NCBI GenBank assembly: GCA_963843555.1
Contig: CAWJKV010000002.1
Span: 267,802-331,801, forward strand
Length of the DNA: 64,000 bases
Reading direction: 5' to 3'
From: an uncultured Methanosarcinales archaeon
Lineage (GTDB): Archaea; Halobacteriota; Methanosarcinia; Methanotrichales; Methanotrichaceae
Within the stretch, counting starts at the first letter, position 1. Each line of letters starts with the position of its first letter. Both the position numbers and the translations under genes were made by a program. Shown here one piece after another: positions 39,854-51,258 of this stretch. Below the pieces are notes generated by a model, which made no database searches, was not told where the DNA came from, and worked only from the letters and a program-made list of their open reading frames with translations.

Positions 39854-42800
39854 ATGAAAATCAGGACTCAGTTGATCGTCAGCACAGTCATCTTCGCCGT
39901 AGCCCTGGCAATCATCTCTGCATCTGTGATTTCCACAAATCAACAGGTAGAGCGGCTGAACAAGAAGGAAGAGCTTGCAAAGAAAATCGAGCTTAAAGTC
40001 GGTGAACTCAGCTATTTATCGAACGATTATCTTCTTTACCATGAAGGCCAGCAGATCGATCGATGGGAATCCAAATACTCTTCGATTTCCAATGACATAT
40101 CGAACCTGACTGTGAGCAGTCCCGAGCAGCAGGTGCTTGTCGATGATATCAAGGCAAATCATCAACGGTTGAAGGATGTCTTTGGCGATATAGTATCAGG
40201 AATCCAGAATGAACCGGAGAATCTGCAAAACACAGCTGACCCGGACTTTATTGAGGTTTCGTGGAGCAGAATGGGAGTTCAAACCCAGGGAATAGTATTC
40301 GATGCTTCACGCCTCTCGGAGATGCTGCGAGAGGAAGCAGATCAAGCGAGACAACAAAGTAACCTGCTCATCTTTGCCCTGATCGGTGCATTCGTTGCAT
40401 TTCTTTTCGCCGATTATCTCCTGATTTTCCGGCGCATATTGTTGTCTTTATCGAACCTCCAGGACGGAACAAGAATTATCGGTTCAGGCAATCTTGATTA
40501 TTCCCTTGAGGAAAAAAAGGATGACGAAATCGGTGAGTTAGCTCAGGCGTTTAACCTGATGACAGCCAACCTGAAAACGGTAACTGCTTCCAAAGCTGAT
40601 CTGGAAAGAGAGATTGTTGAGCGCAAACGAGCGGAGGAACGACTAACGTACCAGGCCAATTTGCTCACGAATATCACGGAAGTAATCTATTCCACTGACG
40701 AGCAATTACGGCTTACATCCTGGAACCATGCGGCAGAAAAGGTATACGGGTTGAAGGAGGAGGAAGTCCTTGGAAGAAACGTCGCCGAGGTTACCGGCTC
40801 GAAGTTCGATCCCGAAATGAGGTCCCGATTGGCCGGGATCCTAGCAGAAACAGGGTCAGTCACGACAGAGATCGAACATACGACCAGGTCAGGAAAGAAT
40901 GTCATTTTTGATTCTAAGACAATGCTCATACGCGATACCGAGGGAAAGATAGTCGGCTTCATTGCTGTCAACCGCGACATCACAGAGCGCAAACAGGCCG
41001 AGGAGGAACTTCGGTATCATGCCAACCTGGTCGATAACGTTTCGGATGCTATCATTTCCACCGATAGAGAACTGAAAATCCGGAGCTGGAATAGGGCTGC
41101 CGAGCGGATATACGGATGGCAGGAGGATGAAGTCATTGGTCAGATCGGATCTAACGTTCTACAGACAGCGTTTCCGGAAGGGGTCAGCCGAGAAGCCATC
41201 GCCAAGGACATTTTCGAAAAAGGCAGCTGGGAAGGGGAGCTTATCCAGAGGACTAAGGATGGCAGAGATATCACTGTAAATGCCAGAAGCATGGCGCTCA
41301 AGGATGAAGCTGGCAATGTAATTGGCGGAGTCTCTATTAGCCACGATATTACCGAGCGCAAACAGGCTGAAGAGGCATTGCGTGTGAGCGAGGAACATTT
41401 GCGTTCGCTGGCCGAAAACGTCCCCTGCGTGCTGATGAGGTTTGATCGGCAGCTCCGCGTCGTCTACCTGAGCAAGCAGTCCGATCGGTACAATCCGAAT
41501 CCGGTCGAACGAATGATCGGCCAGACCAACCGCGAAATGGGAATGCCGGAGGTGTTGTGCGACCTATGGGATGCGGCCATCGAGCGGGTGTTCCGCACGG
41601 GCACTCAGGAAGAGATGGAATTCGACTTCGTCGGGCCGTCCGGGATGCGGACGTTCGCGCTGACATTCGCGCCGGAATTCGGCCGGGACCATGAGATTCG
41701 ATATGTACTCGGGGTCTCTTCGGACATCACCGATCGCAAACGGGCCGAAGAGCAGCGCCAGCGCCTAGCACAAGAGCTGGCCGACCGCGCCGTTGAACTC
41801 CAGGCCGTGCTGGACGCAGCACCAGTCGCCGTCTGGATCGCTCACGATCCTCAGTGCCTCCAGATCACAGGCAACGCCTATGCCGATCAAATCCTGCAAG
41901 CCCCGCACAGAGGCAATGTCTCCCGCAGTGCCCTGCCCGGCGAAGTGGCTGTCTCCTACAAGGTCTTCCGCAATGGCGTGGAGCTGCAGCCTGAGGAGAT
42001 GCCAGCCCAGGTCGCCACTGCCACGGGCAAACCTGTCATGGGTGATGAACTGGAGCTGATCTTTCCCGACGGGCGAGTCGTCTACCTGATCGAGAGCGCC
42101 GTGCCTCTCTTCGACGCCGAGGGCCATGTACGAGGCGCTGTCATCGCTGGCTCGGATGTGACAGAGCTCAAGCTGGTCGAAGAGGCATTGAGCAGATCCA
42201 GGGACGAGCTGGAGCAGAGGGTCAAGGAAAGAACTGCTGAGCTATCCAATGCCAAGGATGAAGTGGAGTCGATTAACGAAGAGCTGCAGGTGGAGATCCA
42301 AGCACAAAAGAAGGCAGAAGAGGATCTTGTAGAAGCCAAAGAGGCTGCTGAGGTCGGCTCGCGTGCGAAGGCAGAGTTCCTGGCCAATATGAGCCATGAG
42401 ATCAGGACGCCCATGAATTCGATAATAGGCTTTACCGAGCTTCTTCTGGACGAACCTTTAGGCCCCGTGCAGAAGGATTACCTTGAGACCATCAGGATCA
42501 ACGGCGATGCGCTTCTAACAATCATCAATGATATCCTGGATTTCTCCAAAATGGAAACCGATAAGCTGGTCCTTGAGGATCAGCCTTTCAATCTACGTAG
42601 TTGCGTTGAGGAATCTCTGGACCTGGTATCAGTTAAGGCATCAGAGAAGGGCCTGAACCTCGCCTATGCCATCGATAAAGGAGTTCCTGATACCATTATC
42701 GGTGACCCGGGCAGGGTTCGACAGGTGTTGGCAAATCTGCTCTCAAACGCCGTCAAATTCACTGATGTTGGCGAGGTTACAATTTCAGTCTCAAGCCAGC

Positions 42801-43897
42801 AGCTTGATGGAACAAATGAAGTTCATTTCGCAGTTCAGGATACAGGCATAGGCATCCCTCAGGGCAGCATGCACCAGCTGTTCCAACCCTTTAACCAGAT
42901 GGAGCCATCGACCACTCGGCTGTACGGCGGGACGGGCCTGGGTCTCGCCATATCCAAGAAGCTGGTAGAGCTGATGGGCGGTCGAATCTGGGCCGAGAGC
43001 GAAGTTGGCAATGGGTCGACGTTCCACTTCACCATAAAGGCACCTTCAGGCCAGGTTGAGCCCGAGCCCGCCGGAGTTTCGCCTCATCTGATAGGCAAAC
43101 ATGTGCTTATAATCGAAGACAATAAGACCAACCGCCGCATCCTGAGCAAACAGGTTTACGATTGGGGCATGGTTCCCATAGCTGCAAAATCAGGCCAAGA
43201 AGCCCTAAGCTGGGTCCGGAGAGGAGATAACTATGGTATTGCTATTCTGGATATGGATTTGCAGGATATGGACGCCCTGGAGTTGGAAGAAAAAATACGC
43301 AAATACAATAAGACTTTGCCTCTGGTGCTTCTGACGTCTTACGGAAAACGTGTGCCCCCTAACCATGCCTATCTGACCAAGCCTATCAAGCCCTCTTTGC
43401 TACATAAAGTCCTGACAGATATATTGCCCAGGACTGATACATTGCCGAAGGAACCGGCCAAGTGCCAGACAAATGCATCTGGAGTTGATCAGCCCATTCA
43501 GAATAGCTCTCTGAGAATACTGCTGGCCGAGGATAACATATCCAGCCAGAAGGTCGCTCAACATATGTTAAAGAAGCTGGGATATCGGGCCGATACCGTA
43601 GCCAACGGAATAGAGGCCCTGCAGGCACTGGAACGCCAGCACTACGATGTGGTTCTCATGGACGTTAAGATGCCCGAGATGGACGGCCTGGAAGCCACAC
43701 GTATTATCCGCCAGCGCTGGCCGGATAATGGACCGAAGGTAATAGCGATTACTGCTTATGCACTGGAAGGCGACCGGGAGAAGTTCATCGAAGCTGGCAT
43801 GGACGACTACATGGCCAAGCCGGTAGAGATAAATGATCTGAGAGCAGTTCTGGAAAGGAACTTTGCAGGCAAGAACAAAACGGAGCGATTAAGGTGA
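39854..43897 (+). CDS. membrane-anchored hybrid histidine kinase (2 TM, HAMP, ~4 PAS, HisKA, HATPase, 2 REC)
   Basis: Two hydrophobic segments; DDEIGELAQAFNLM (HAMP); repeated [16 protein letters not shown]; receiver domains. Confidence 0.93.
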   Translation: MKIRTQLIVSTVIFAVALAIISASVISTNQQVERLNKKEELAKKIELKVGELSYLSNDYLLYHEGQQIDRWESKYSSISNDISNLTVSSPEQQVLVDDIKANHQRLKDVFGDIVSGIQNEPENLQNTADPDFIEVSWSRMGVQTQGIVFDASRLSEMLREEADQARQQSNLLIFALIGAFVAFLFADYLLIFRRILLSLSNLQDGTRIIGSGNLDYSLEEKKDDEIGELAQAFNLMTANLKTVTASKADLEREIVERKRAEERLTYQANLLTNITEVIYSTDEQLRLTSWNHAAEKVYGLKEEEVLGRNVAEVTGSKFDPEMRSRLAGILAETGSVTTEIEHTTRSGKNVIFDSKTMLIRDTEGKIVGFIAVNRDITERKQAEEELRYHANLVDNVSDAIISTDRELKIRSWNRAAERIYGWQEDEVIGQIGSNVLQTAFPEGVSREAIAKDIFEKGSWEGELIQRTKDGRDITVNARSMALKDEAGNVIGGVSISHDITERKQAEEALRVSEEHLRSLAENVPCVLMRFDRQLRVVYLSKQSDRYNPNPVERMIGQTNREMGMPEVLCDLWDAAIERVFRTGTQEEMEFDFVGPSGMRTFALTFAPEFGRDHEIRYVLGVSSDITDRKRAEEQRQRLAQELADRAVELQAVLDAAPVAVWIAHDPQCLQITGNAYADQILQAPHRGNVSRSALPGEVAVSYKVFRNGVELQPEEMPAQVATATGKPVMGDELELIFPDGRVVYLIESAVPLFDAEGHVRGAVIAGSDVTELKLVEEALSRSRDELEQRVKERTAELSNAKDEVESINEELQVEIQAQKKAEEDLVEAKEAAEVGSRAKAEFLANMSHEIRTPMNSIIGFTELLLDEPLGPVQKDYLETIRINGDALLTIINDILDFSKMETDKLVLEDQPFNLRSCVEESLDLVSVKASEKGLNLAYAIDKGVPDTIIGDPGRVRQVLANLLSNAVKFTDVGEVTISVSSQQLDGTNEVHFAVQDTGIGIPQGSMHQLFQPFNQMEPSTTRLYGGTGLGLAISKKLVELMGGRIWAESEVGNGSTFHFTIKAPSGQVEPEPAGVSPHLIGKHVLIIEDNKTNRRILSKQVYDWGMVPIAAKSGQEALSWVRRGDNYGIAILDMDLQDMDALELEEKIRKYNKTLPLVLLTSYGKRVPPNHAYLTKPIKPSLLHKVLTDILPRTDTLPKEPAKCQTNASGVDQPIQNSSLRILLAEDNISSQKVAQHMLKKLGYRADTVANGIEALQALERQHYDVVLMDVKMPEMDGLEATRIIRQRWPDNGPKVIAITAYALEGDREKFIEAGMDDYMAKPVEINDLRAVLERNFAGKNKTERLR

Positions 43898-46800
43898 TGG
43901 AATCGGCCTTGAGACGAACAGGGATCGATGTTATCGGCAGTGTCCCCTGGGGGACTCATTTCTGCCAGTTCTATGAAGCTGGCCAGGATCTGATAGACAT
44001 TCTGGTGCCTTATTTTAAGGAAGGCCTGGATGCAGGCGAGTTCTGCATGTGGGTGACCTCAGAGCCCCTGAGGGTAGAACAGGCGACTTTAGCGCTTCGG
44101 GCTGCGGTCCCGGACCTGAACGATTACATCGACAGAGGCCAGATTGAGATCCTCGATTACAGTCAGTGGTACACCAAATCGGGCAGGTTCTCAGCAGATG
44201 AGGTGCTCAAGGGCTGGGTAGACAAACTGAACAAGGCCCAGGAACGGGGATTCGAAGGACTCAGGCTGACTGGAAACACTTTCTGGCTGGAGAAGGCCGA
44301 CTGGGATGACTTCACCCGGTATGAAGAGAAGGTCAACAATGTCATCGGCCGGTACAAAATGCTGGCCATATGCACCTATTGCCTTCAGAAGTGCAATGCT
44401 TTAGAGATATTGGATGTCGTCGCCAACCACCAGTTCGCCCTCATCAAGCGCTCTGGACGGTGGGGAATCATTGAGAGCAGACAGCACAAAAAGACAGAGC
44501 AGGCGCTGCGAGAGAGCGAACGAGAAGCTGTCGGCCCTATACACTTCGATGGTTGAGGGAGTCGCACTTCATGAGATAGTTTACGACAGTGCTGGAAATC
44601 CGGCGGATTACATTATAACCGATGTAAATCCCTCCTTCGAAAAGATCACGGGGTTTTCAAGGGATGACTCCTTGGGCAAAAAGGCATCAGCGCTTTATGG
44701 AACAGACGAGCCTCCTTATCTGGATGTGTACGCCAGAGTCGCTTCTTCCGGCAAGCCAGAGTCGTTCGAGACCTACTTCGAGCCGATGAAAAAACATTTC
44801 AGCATATCTGTATTCTCCCCGGCCCAGGGTAAATTTGCGACCGTCTTTTCGGACATTACCGAGCGCAAGCTGATGGAAAAAGCTTTGCAGGAAAGCCGGG
44901 AAGAGCTTGTTGTACAATCTGAGGAACTCGAAACCCAGAATGAAGAGTTGCGCACCGGAAACGAAGAGCTAGCAGAGGCGATCAGAAAGCTGCAGGAGAG
45001 TGAGACACGCTACAAATCCCTTGCTGAGAACGTACCATCTATCCTAATGCGCTACGATCGAGGCTTAAGGGTGATCTACCTCAGCCCCCAGTCTGAGGAC
45101 ATCACTGGCATCCCCACTGAACAGTTCATTGGCAAGACCAACCGTGAGGCAGGCATGCCTGAAGACCTCTGCAATATGTGGGAGGCTGCCATCCAGCGAG
45201 TGTTCAAAACCGGAGCCAACCAGGACCTGGAGTTCGAGTTTCCTGCAGTAGATGGCAGCGGTTCAAAAGCGTTTTATCTTAAGCTAGCTCCTGAATACGC
45301 ACCAGACGGTGACATTGTTCAGTATGTACTGGGCATCTCCACTGATATAACCGAGCGCAAGAGAGCAGAGAATTTATTGCAAACCAATCTACATCGCTTC
45401 TATACTGTTCTTTCAAGCATGTACGCCGGCATTTTGCTTGTGACGGATAATGGCCAGGTTGAATATGCCAATCAAGCATTTTGTGACATGTTTGATCTGT
45501 TGGACTCACCCCCGGACCTGGTGGGGCTGACTCCAAGCGAAATGATTGAAACAATTAAGAATGCTTATCATAATCCTGAAGAGGCAGTTGCCCGCATTAA
45601 AGAAATAGTCTATCTAGGACAACCCGTAAGAGGCGAGGAAATTGCCCTGCAGGACGATAGGACGTGCCTGCGGGATTTCGCCCCAATATACGTAGACGGA
45701 AAATCCTATGGTCGGTTATGGCATCACCTGGACATCACCGAGCGCAAGAGGACTGAAGAGGAACTGGCCAGGTTTGCGTCCTTCCCCAAACTCAACCCGA
45801 ATCCCGTTGTCGAAGTTGACCTGGAGGGTTGTATATTTTTCCTCAACCCTGCCGCCCAAAAGTTGTTACCCGGTCTCCAGGAAGAAGGGCAAGATCACCC
45901 CTGGTTGGCCGACTGGGAGTCAGTAGCGCGATTGCTTTGCGATAGCCAGACGGGCACGTATGTAAGGGATGTGTCCGTTGGCGATAACTGGTATCAGCAG
46001 ACGATGTATATTGTGCCCGATGTCCAGAGCATACGCATTTATGGCCTGGATATAACTGAGCGCAAGAGGGCGGAAATAGCGCTGCAGGATGCCAAAGAAG
46101 AGCTGGAGGTTGCAGCAGAGGAATTGCGATTGCAGAACGATGAACTCATACATGCTCAATCGGCTCTGCTGGAGAGCGAAAATCGGCTGCGGACTCTTGG
46201 GGACAATCTGCCGGAGAGCGCCGTCTATCAATATACTCATGAGGCAGACGGTGGCGTTCATTTCCTTTACGTCAGCGCGGGCATAGAACGGCTCAACGCC
46301 GTCAGGGTTCGAGACGTGCTGCAAGATGCAGGCACGTTGCACCGACAGATTCCACCTGAGTATTACGAGCAGCTTGTTGAAGCTGAGGCACAGAGCGCTC
46401 GTGATCTATCTGACTTCGACATGGAAGTGCCGATGCATCGGCCCGACGGGCAGGTGCGCTGGATGAGGTTGCGCTCTCGTCCACACCGGATGCAAGACGG
46501 CCGCACTATTTGGGACGGCGTGCAAACCGACGTGACAGAACGCAAACGGGCCGAGGAAGCGCTTCGGGAGAGTCAGGCACTTTTGAGCGCGGTCACTGAA
46601 GGCATTCCTGATCCCATTTTTGTCAAAGATCGCGAGAGCCGCATCATTATGGCCAATCCTGCCACGCTCCGAATCATGGGCAAGCCCCTGGAAGAGACGA
46701 TCGGGAAGAACGATCGTGAGCTATACAACGACCCGGCGATTGGAGAGGCCATCATGGCAAACGACCGGAGGATCATGGACTCTGGCCAGATGGAAGTTGT

Positions 46801-49786
46801 CGAAGAGGTTGGGCAGACGTCTGATGGTTACCGGACCTTCCTCTCCACCAAGATGCCCTACCGTAATAGCAATGGCGAGATCATCGGTATTCTGGGCATA
46901 ACCCGGGACATCACCGAGCGCAAGCGGATGGAAGAGGAACTGCGAAAAAGTGAGAATCAGTTTAAAGTGCTCATCGATAACTTGAGTTCTGGAGTTGCAC
47001 TGATCGATGAACATGGCAAGTTCACGATATATAATCCGGCGTTTTTGCAGATGTTTGGCCTATTTGAAGATCCATCTAATATTAAGAACGTCAACGATCA
47101 AAACTGGAGCGATTGGCAGGTATTCGGAGAAGACGGCACATTGTTGCATGTTGATGACCATCCCGTTCGGAAAGCTGCAATGACTGGCAAGCCTGTCAGT
47201 AACAAGCTTATAGGTGTGAAATTGCCTTCTGGCGGGGAACTCGTTTGGATGCTAATCAGTGCCGAGCCCATACTCAAACCCGATGGCAAAGTCGACCTAT
47301 TGATATGCACTTACCACAACGTTACCGAGCGCAAGCAGGCCGAGGAAGCTTTACGAGAAACCCGGAACTATTTGGAGAACTTGATCGATTATGCCAATGC
47401 GCCCATTATCGTCTGGGATACCTCATTTAGAATCACCAGGTTTAACCACGCCTTTGAGCACTTAACTGGCCTCCGAGCTGCTGAAGCTCTCGGAAAGCCT
47501 CTGGACATGCTCTTCCCGGAGGAGAGCAAAGAGCAGTCTCTGGAGCACATCGGCCGCACTTTGTCAGGAGAACGATGGGACGCTGTGGAAATTCCCATTC
47601 TGCATGTGGATGGGTCGGTTTGGACCGTCTTATGGAACTCGGCCAACATTTACGATAAAGACGGCGAAATGGTCATTGCCACCATTGCCCAGGGCCAGGA
47701 CATCACCGAGCGCAAGAAGGCTGAGAAGACTCTGCAGGAGAGCGAAGCAAAGTACCGCAACCTCTTCATGAATATAACAGAAGAGGTGCATTTCTGGGAG
47801 CTCATCCGGGATGAAGAGGGCCGGATAAAGACATGGAGACTGGTGGACGCCAACCCACCCACCCTCAAGACCTGGGGCAAGGCGCTCGATGAAATCAAGG
47901 GCAGGACCACGGATGAGATCTTCGGCCCAGGTGCGACGGATCACTACATGCCCGTTGTGCAGAAGATCATGACCGAAGGCATTCCGTATTCCTTCGAAGA
48001 TTACTTCCCCAATTTGGATAAGTACTTCATGTTCACCAGTGTTCCTCTGGGCGACTATTTCGTCACTACGGGTGCCGACATCACGGGCATAAAGAAGGTT
48101 CAGGCGGAGCTTCTCAGGGCCAGGGACGAGCTTGAGCAGAGGGTCCAGGAGAGGACGGCAGAGCTCCAGGACGCAAAAGAGAATCTGGAGGTCATCAACG
48201 AAGAACTCAGAGTAGAGATCGATGAGCATGAGAAGACAGAGAAGGAGCTTCTGAAAGCCAATGATGTGGCAGAGGAAGCTGTAAAGGCCAAGTCCCTATT
48301 CCTGGCCAACATGTCCCACGAGCTGCGGACGCCCATGAACTCAGTAATCGGCTTTACCGGCCTCCTCCTGGACGAGCCTTTGGCTCCCGAACAGAAGGAA
48401 TATTTAGAGAGCATAAGAAACAGCGGCCAAGCCCTGCTTGCGCTGATAGGCGATCTCCTGGACTTCTCCCGCCTAGAGAGGGAGAACGTCGAGATCGAGG
48501 ATCAACCCTTCGATCTCCGAAGCTGCATTGAGGAAGCTTTAGACCTGGTTTCGGGTGAAGCCGCGAAGAAGAACCTGGACCTGGCCTACTTGATCGATAG
48601 AAATATGCCTGAAGCCGTTACAGGAGATCCGGCCAGGCTCCGGCAGGTTTTGGTAAACCTCCTTGGTAACGCCATCAAATATACGGATGAGGGCGAAGCT
48701 GTCCTCTCTGTGTCATCGAAAGGGCAAGATGAGATTCTATTCGAGATCAGGGATACGGGCATAGGCATTCCCGAAGAGAAAATAAGCATCCTCTTCCAGC
48801 CATTCTCCAGGGTAGACGAATCTTTCAGCAGCAGGTCGGAGGGCGCAGGTCTAGGGCTTGCCATATCCAAGAGGCTCGTGGAGATGATGGGTGGGAAAAT
48901 CTGGGTTCAGTCCGAAGTCGGCAAAGGCTCGACCTTCTCCATCACCATTAAAGCCAAAGCCGTTCCAGGCAAGCCCAGGACGATCCCGACAGGCATTCAG
49001 CCGAGGCTTCTGGGCAAGCATATCCTCATCGTCGATGATAACAGGACTAACCGTATTATCCTAGGAAAACAGCTCAACTCCTGGGGCATGATACCTGTGC
49101 CTAAACCATCCGGCCAGGAAGCACTGGCTCTGATCAGAGGTGGAGCGCCCTTCCATGCTGCCATCCTTGACATGATGATGCCCGAAATGGACGGAATCGC
49201 CCTGGCCAGGGAGATACGCAAATACAGGAAAGATCTGCCCCTGATCCAACTCTTGTCAATGGGCCAGAAAGGAAACCCTGAACTCTTCCGGGCCGTCTTG
49301 AATAAGCCTATCAGACCCGCACAACTCCACAGAGTTCTTTCGGATGCACTCGAAGGTCAGCAATCCAGTGAGGGAAGAGAGAGCTTTGGTGCAGAGGCCG
49401 GTTTCAGTTCCATGAGAATCCTGCTGGCCGAGGACAATGTGTCCAACCAGAGGGTAACCCTGGAGATGCTAAAGAAGTTAGGCTACAGGGCAGACGCCGT
49501 GGCCAACGGCGCTGAAGCCATCCAGGCTCTGGAGCGCCAGCACTATGATCTAATCCTCATGGATGTTAAGATGCCAGTATTAGGCGGCATCGAGGCCACA
49601 AGGATTATACGGGAGCGCTGGCCTGATAACGGCCATAAGATTATAGCCATTACTGCTTACGCACTTGCCGGTGATAGGGAGAGGTGTCTTGCTGCCGGAA
49701 TGGATGGCTACATCCCGAAGCCTGTGCAGAAAGAGGATCTGGCAGAGGTGCTGAGAGAGTATGAATCTTCCCAGGACAGTCCTTGA
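43894..49786 (+). CDS. giant MEDS + multi-PAS hybrid histidine kinase, frameshift near 44520
   Basis: MEDS domain (PWGTHFCQFYE) in 43894..44556 runs into PAS repeats in the next frame; MSHELRTPMN, HATPase and two REC domains. Confidence 0.9.
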
Positions 49787-50040
49787 TTGAGATGCAGAAA
49801 CATTTCATGCTGAATGCGTCGTCTATACCGGATTTCAGGACTGCGTCTACAAGGACGGCTTTAGAAAGTGAGACCCGGGCTGGTGAACAACATCGGGTGA
49901 TTGAACAAACATTACGGCCTACGATACCGGATTGGCTACGATCGATGACAGTGAAATGACGTCGATAAATAACTATCAAAATTCAGGTACATTTCTCACC
50001 CTTTAATTTTATCCACTCGTTGTATAGTGCTTGGATCTGT

Positions 50041-50439
50041 CTATCCTTGATCATGAGGAGGGTCTTGATATCGGGGATCAAGAAGGTTATGCCGCCAAAT
50101 GTGAGCGGATCGCAATTGGGCGGTTTCCAGAAGTTGGTATTCATCGCCCATCCATATCTCTTTAATAAAGATCTGCAATGTGAACGATTTTAGAAATATC
50201 CTCAGGAAATGAATATCATTGATCCCGGTGACAGACTCCATCCTTCCAAACATCCTGAGTACTGATACAATCCGATCGGCTTCTTCATATGAGCAACAGA
50301 TATCGATATCCCGAGTGGCATCCTTCAGGCCGTGCCATTGAAAAGCTGCACCCGCGAATAGGTACACGTTGGTTTTAGCCAGGACTTTCGAGCCAATGTA
50401 GGCCAGATCTGCCAAGAGCTGCGCCTTATTTTCGATCAT
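50041..50439 (-). pseudogene. nucleotidyltransferase-fold protein (DUF6036-like), truncated or frameshifted
   Basis: YLFAGAAF..GLKDATRDIDI motif; the frame breaks near 50110. Confidence 0.55.
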
Positions 50440-50598
50440 GATTCTCCCATGCCCTGAAGTTGCCTATATCGGGTGACTGCGGGTCATTCGCATACCATCA
50501 TTTTAAAACTCCTAGCCTTTCCCTCTGGCTATTGAAAGGGAATTAGCAGGGCCAATCCCACAATCCTTCCTCGTGCTCGGCTATGTCGTAATCGTTCT

Positions 50599-50715
50599 CT
50601 ATTCTTTCTCATTTTGACAGCAGCTGTGCTTCTTTTTAATGAACCACAGGATAGCCAGCAGACCGATCACGAATAGCTTTATTTTTATCATCTTCTTTAC
50701 GAGTTTTAGCATCAT
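50599..50715 (-). CDS. 38-aa basic single-TM peptide
   Basis: MMLKLVKKMIKIKLFVIGLLAILWFIKKKHSCCQNEKE with AGGTGA upstream. Confidence 0.5.
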   Translation of the reverse strand: MMLKLVKKMIKIKLFVIGLLAILWFIKKKHSCCQNEKE

Positions 50716-50780
50716 CTATTTCACCTGGTGCTATTTAGAACTCAAACTTATTAAAGCCTACCGAGATAGAGCCTCAATTC

Positions 50781-50879
50781 GATAATGCCCTGCAGTCCCA
50801 TGCCGTTGGCAATCAGGATAACTCGGGTCCTGTAGCCCACCCTTTGAACCTTGTCTGAGACATAAGCAGTGAGCCGTTT
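50781..50879 (-). pseudogene. acylphosphatase N-terminal fragment
   Basis: KRLTAYVSDKVQRVGYRTRVILIANGMGLQGII, homologous to the start of 7442..8089. Confidence 0.7.
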
Positions 50880-51258
50880 TATTGTCTGCAATCTCAGACC
50901 CATTTTGTATTTGGCTTATTTTATCATTTTTGCCGTGTTTCTGCTTGTTCTAATTCCAATTTTCTGAATCAGGGCGATTCAAAATCGCATAGCTATCACT
51001 TTCGTGTTTCGTGTGCTCCTCGCATCCATTTCCAAGCGGCGGGATCGGGCAGATCAGCTGTTGCAAACCACTGCGTCATGCATCTTGTCCTCTTTTCAGA
51101 AGCAGCGGCCAGCATGATTCCCTCGATGCTGCGCTCCTCTGCGTTTGCAGGCGCCGCCCGTCCTTACACAATTCCTTTCAAAAAGTTATATATCTGAAGA
51201 GCATCCAATAAATACGTAAATCTTTAGAGCTTTTCAAATGGTAGAAGGAATGATTAGG

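Noticed and set aside
39854..49786. Repeated ATCACCGAGCGCAA segments as a DNA repeat system or DGR
   Set aside because: They encode the DITERK motif closing each PAS domain; no reverse transcriptase or adenine-specific variation was seen.
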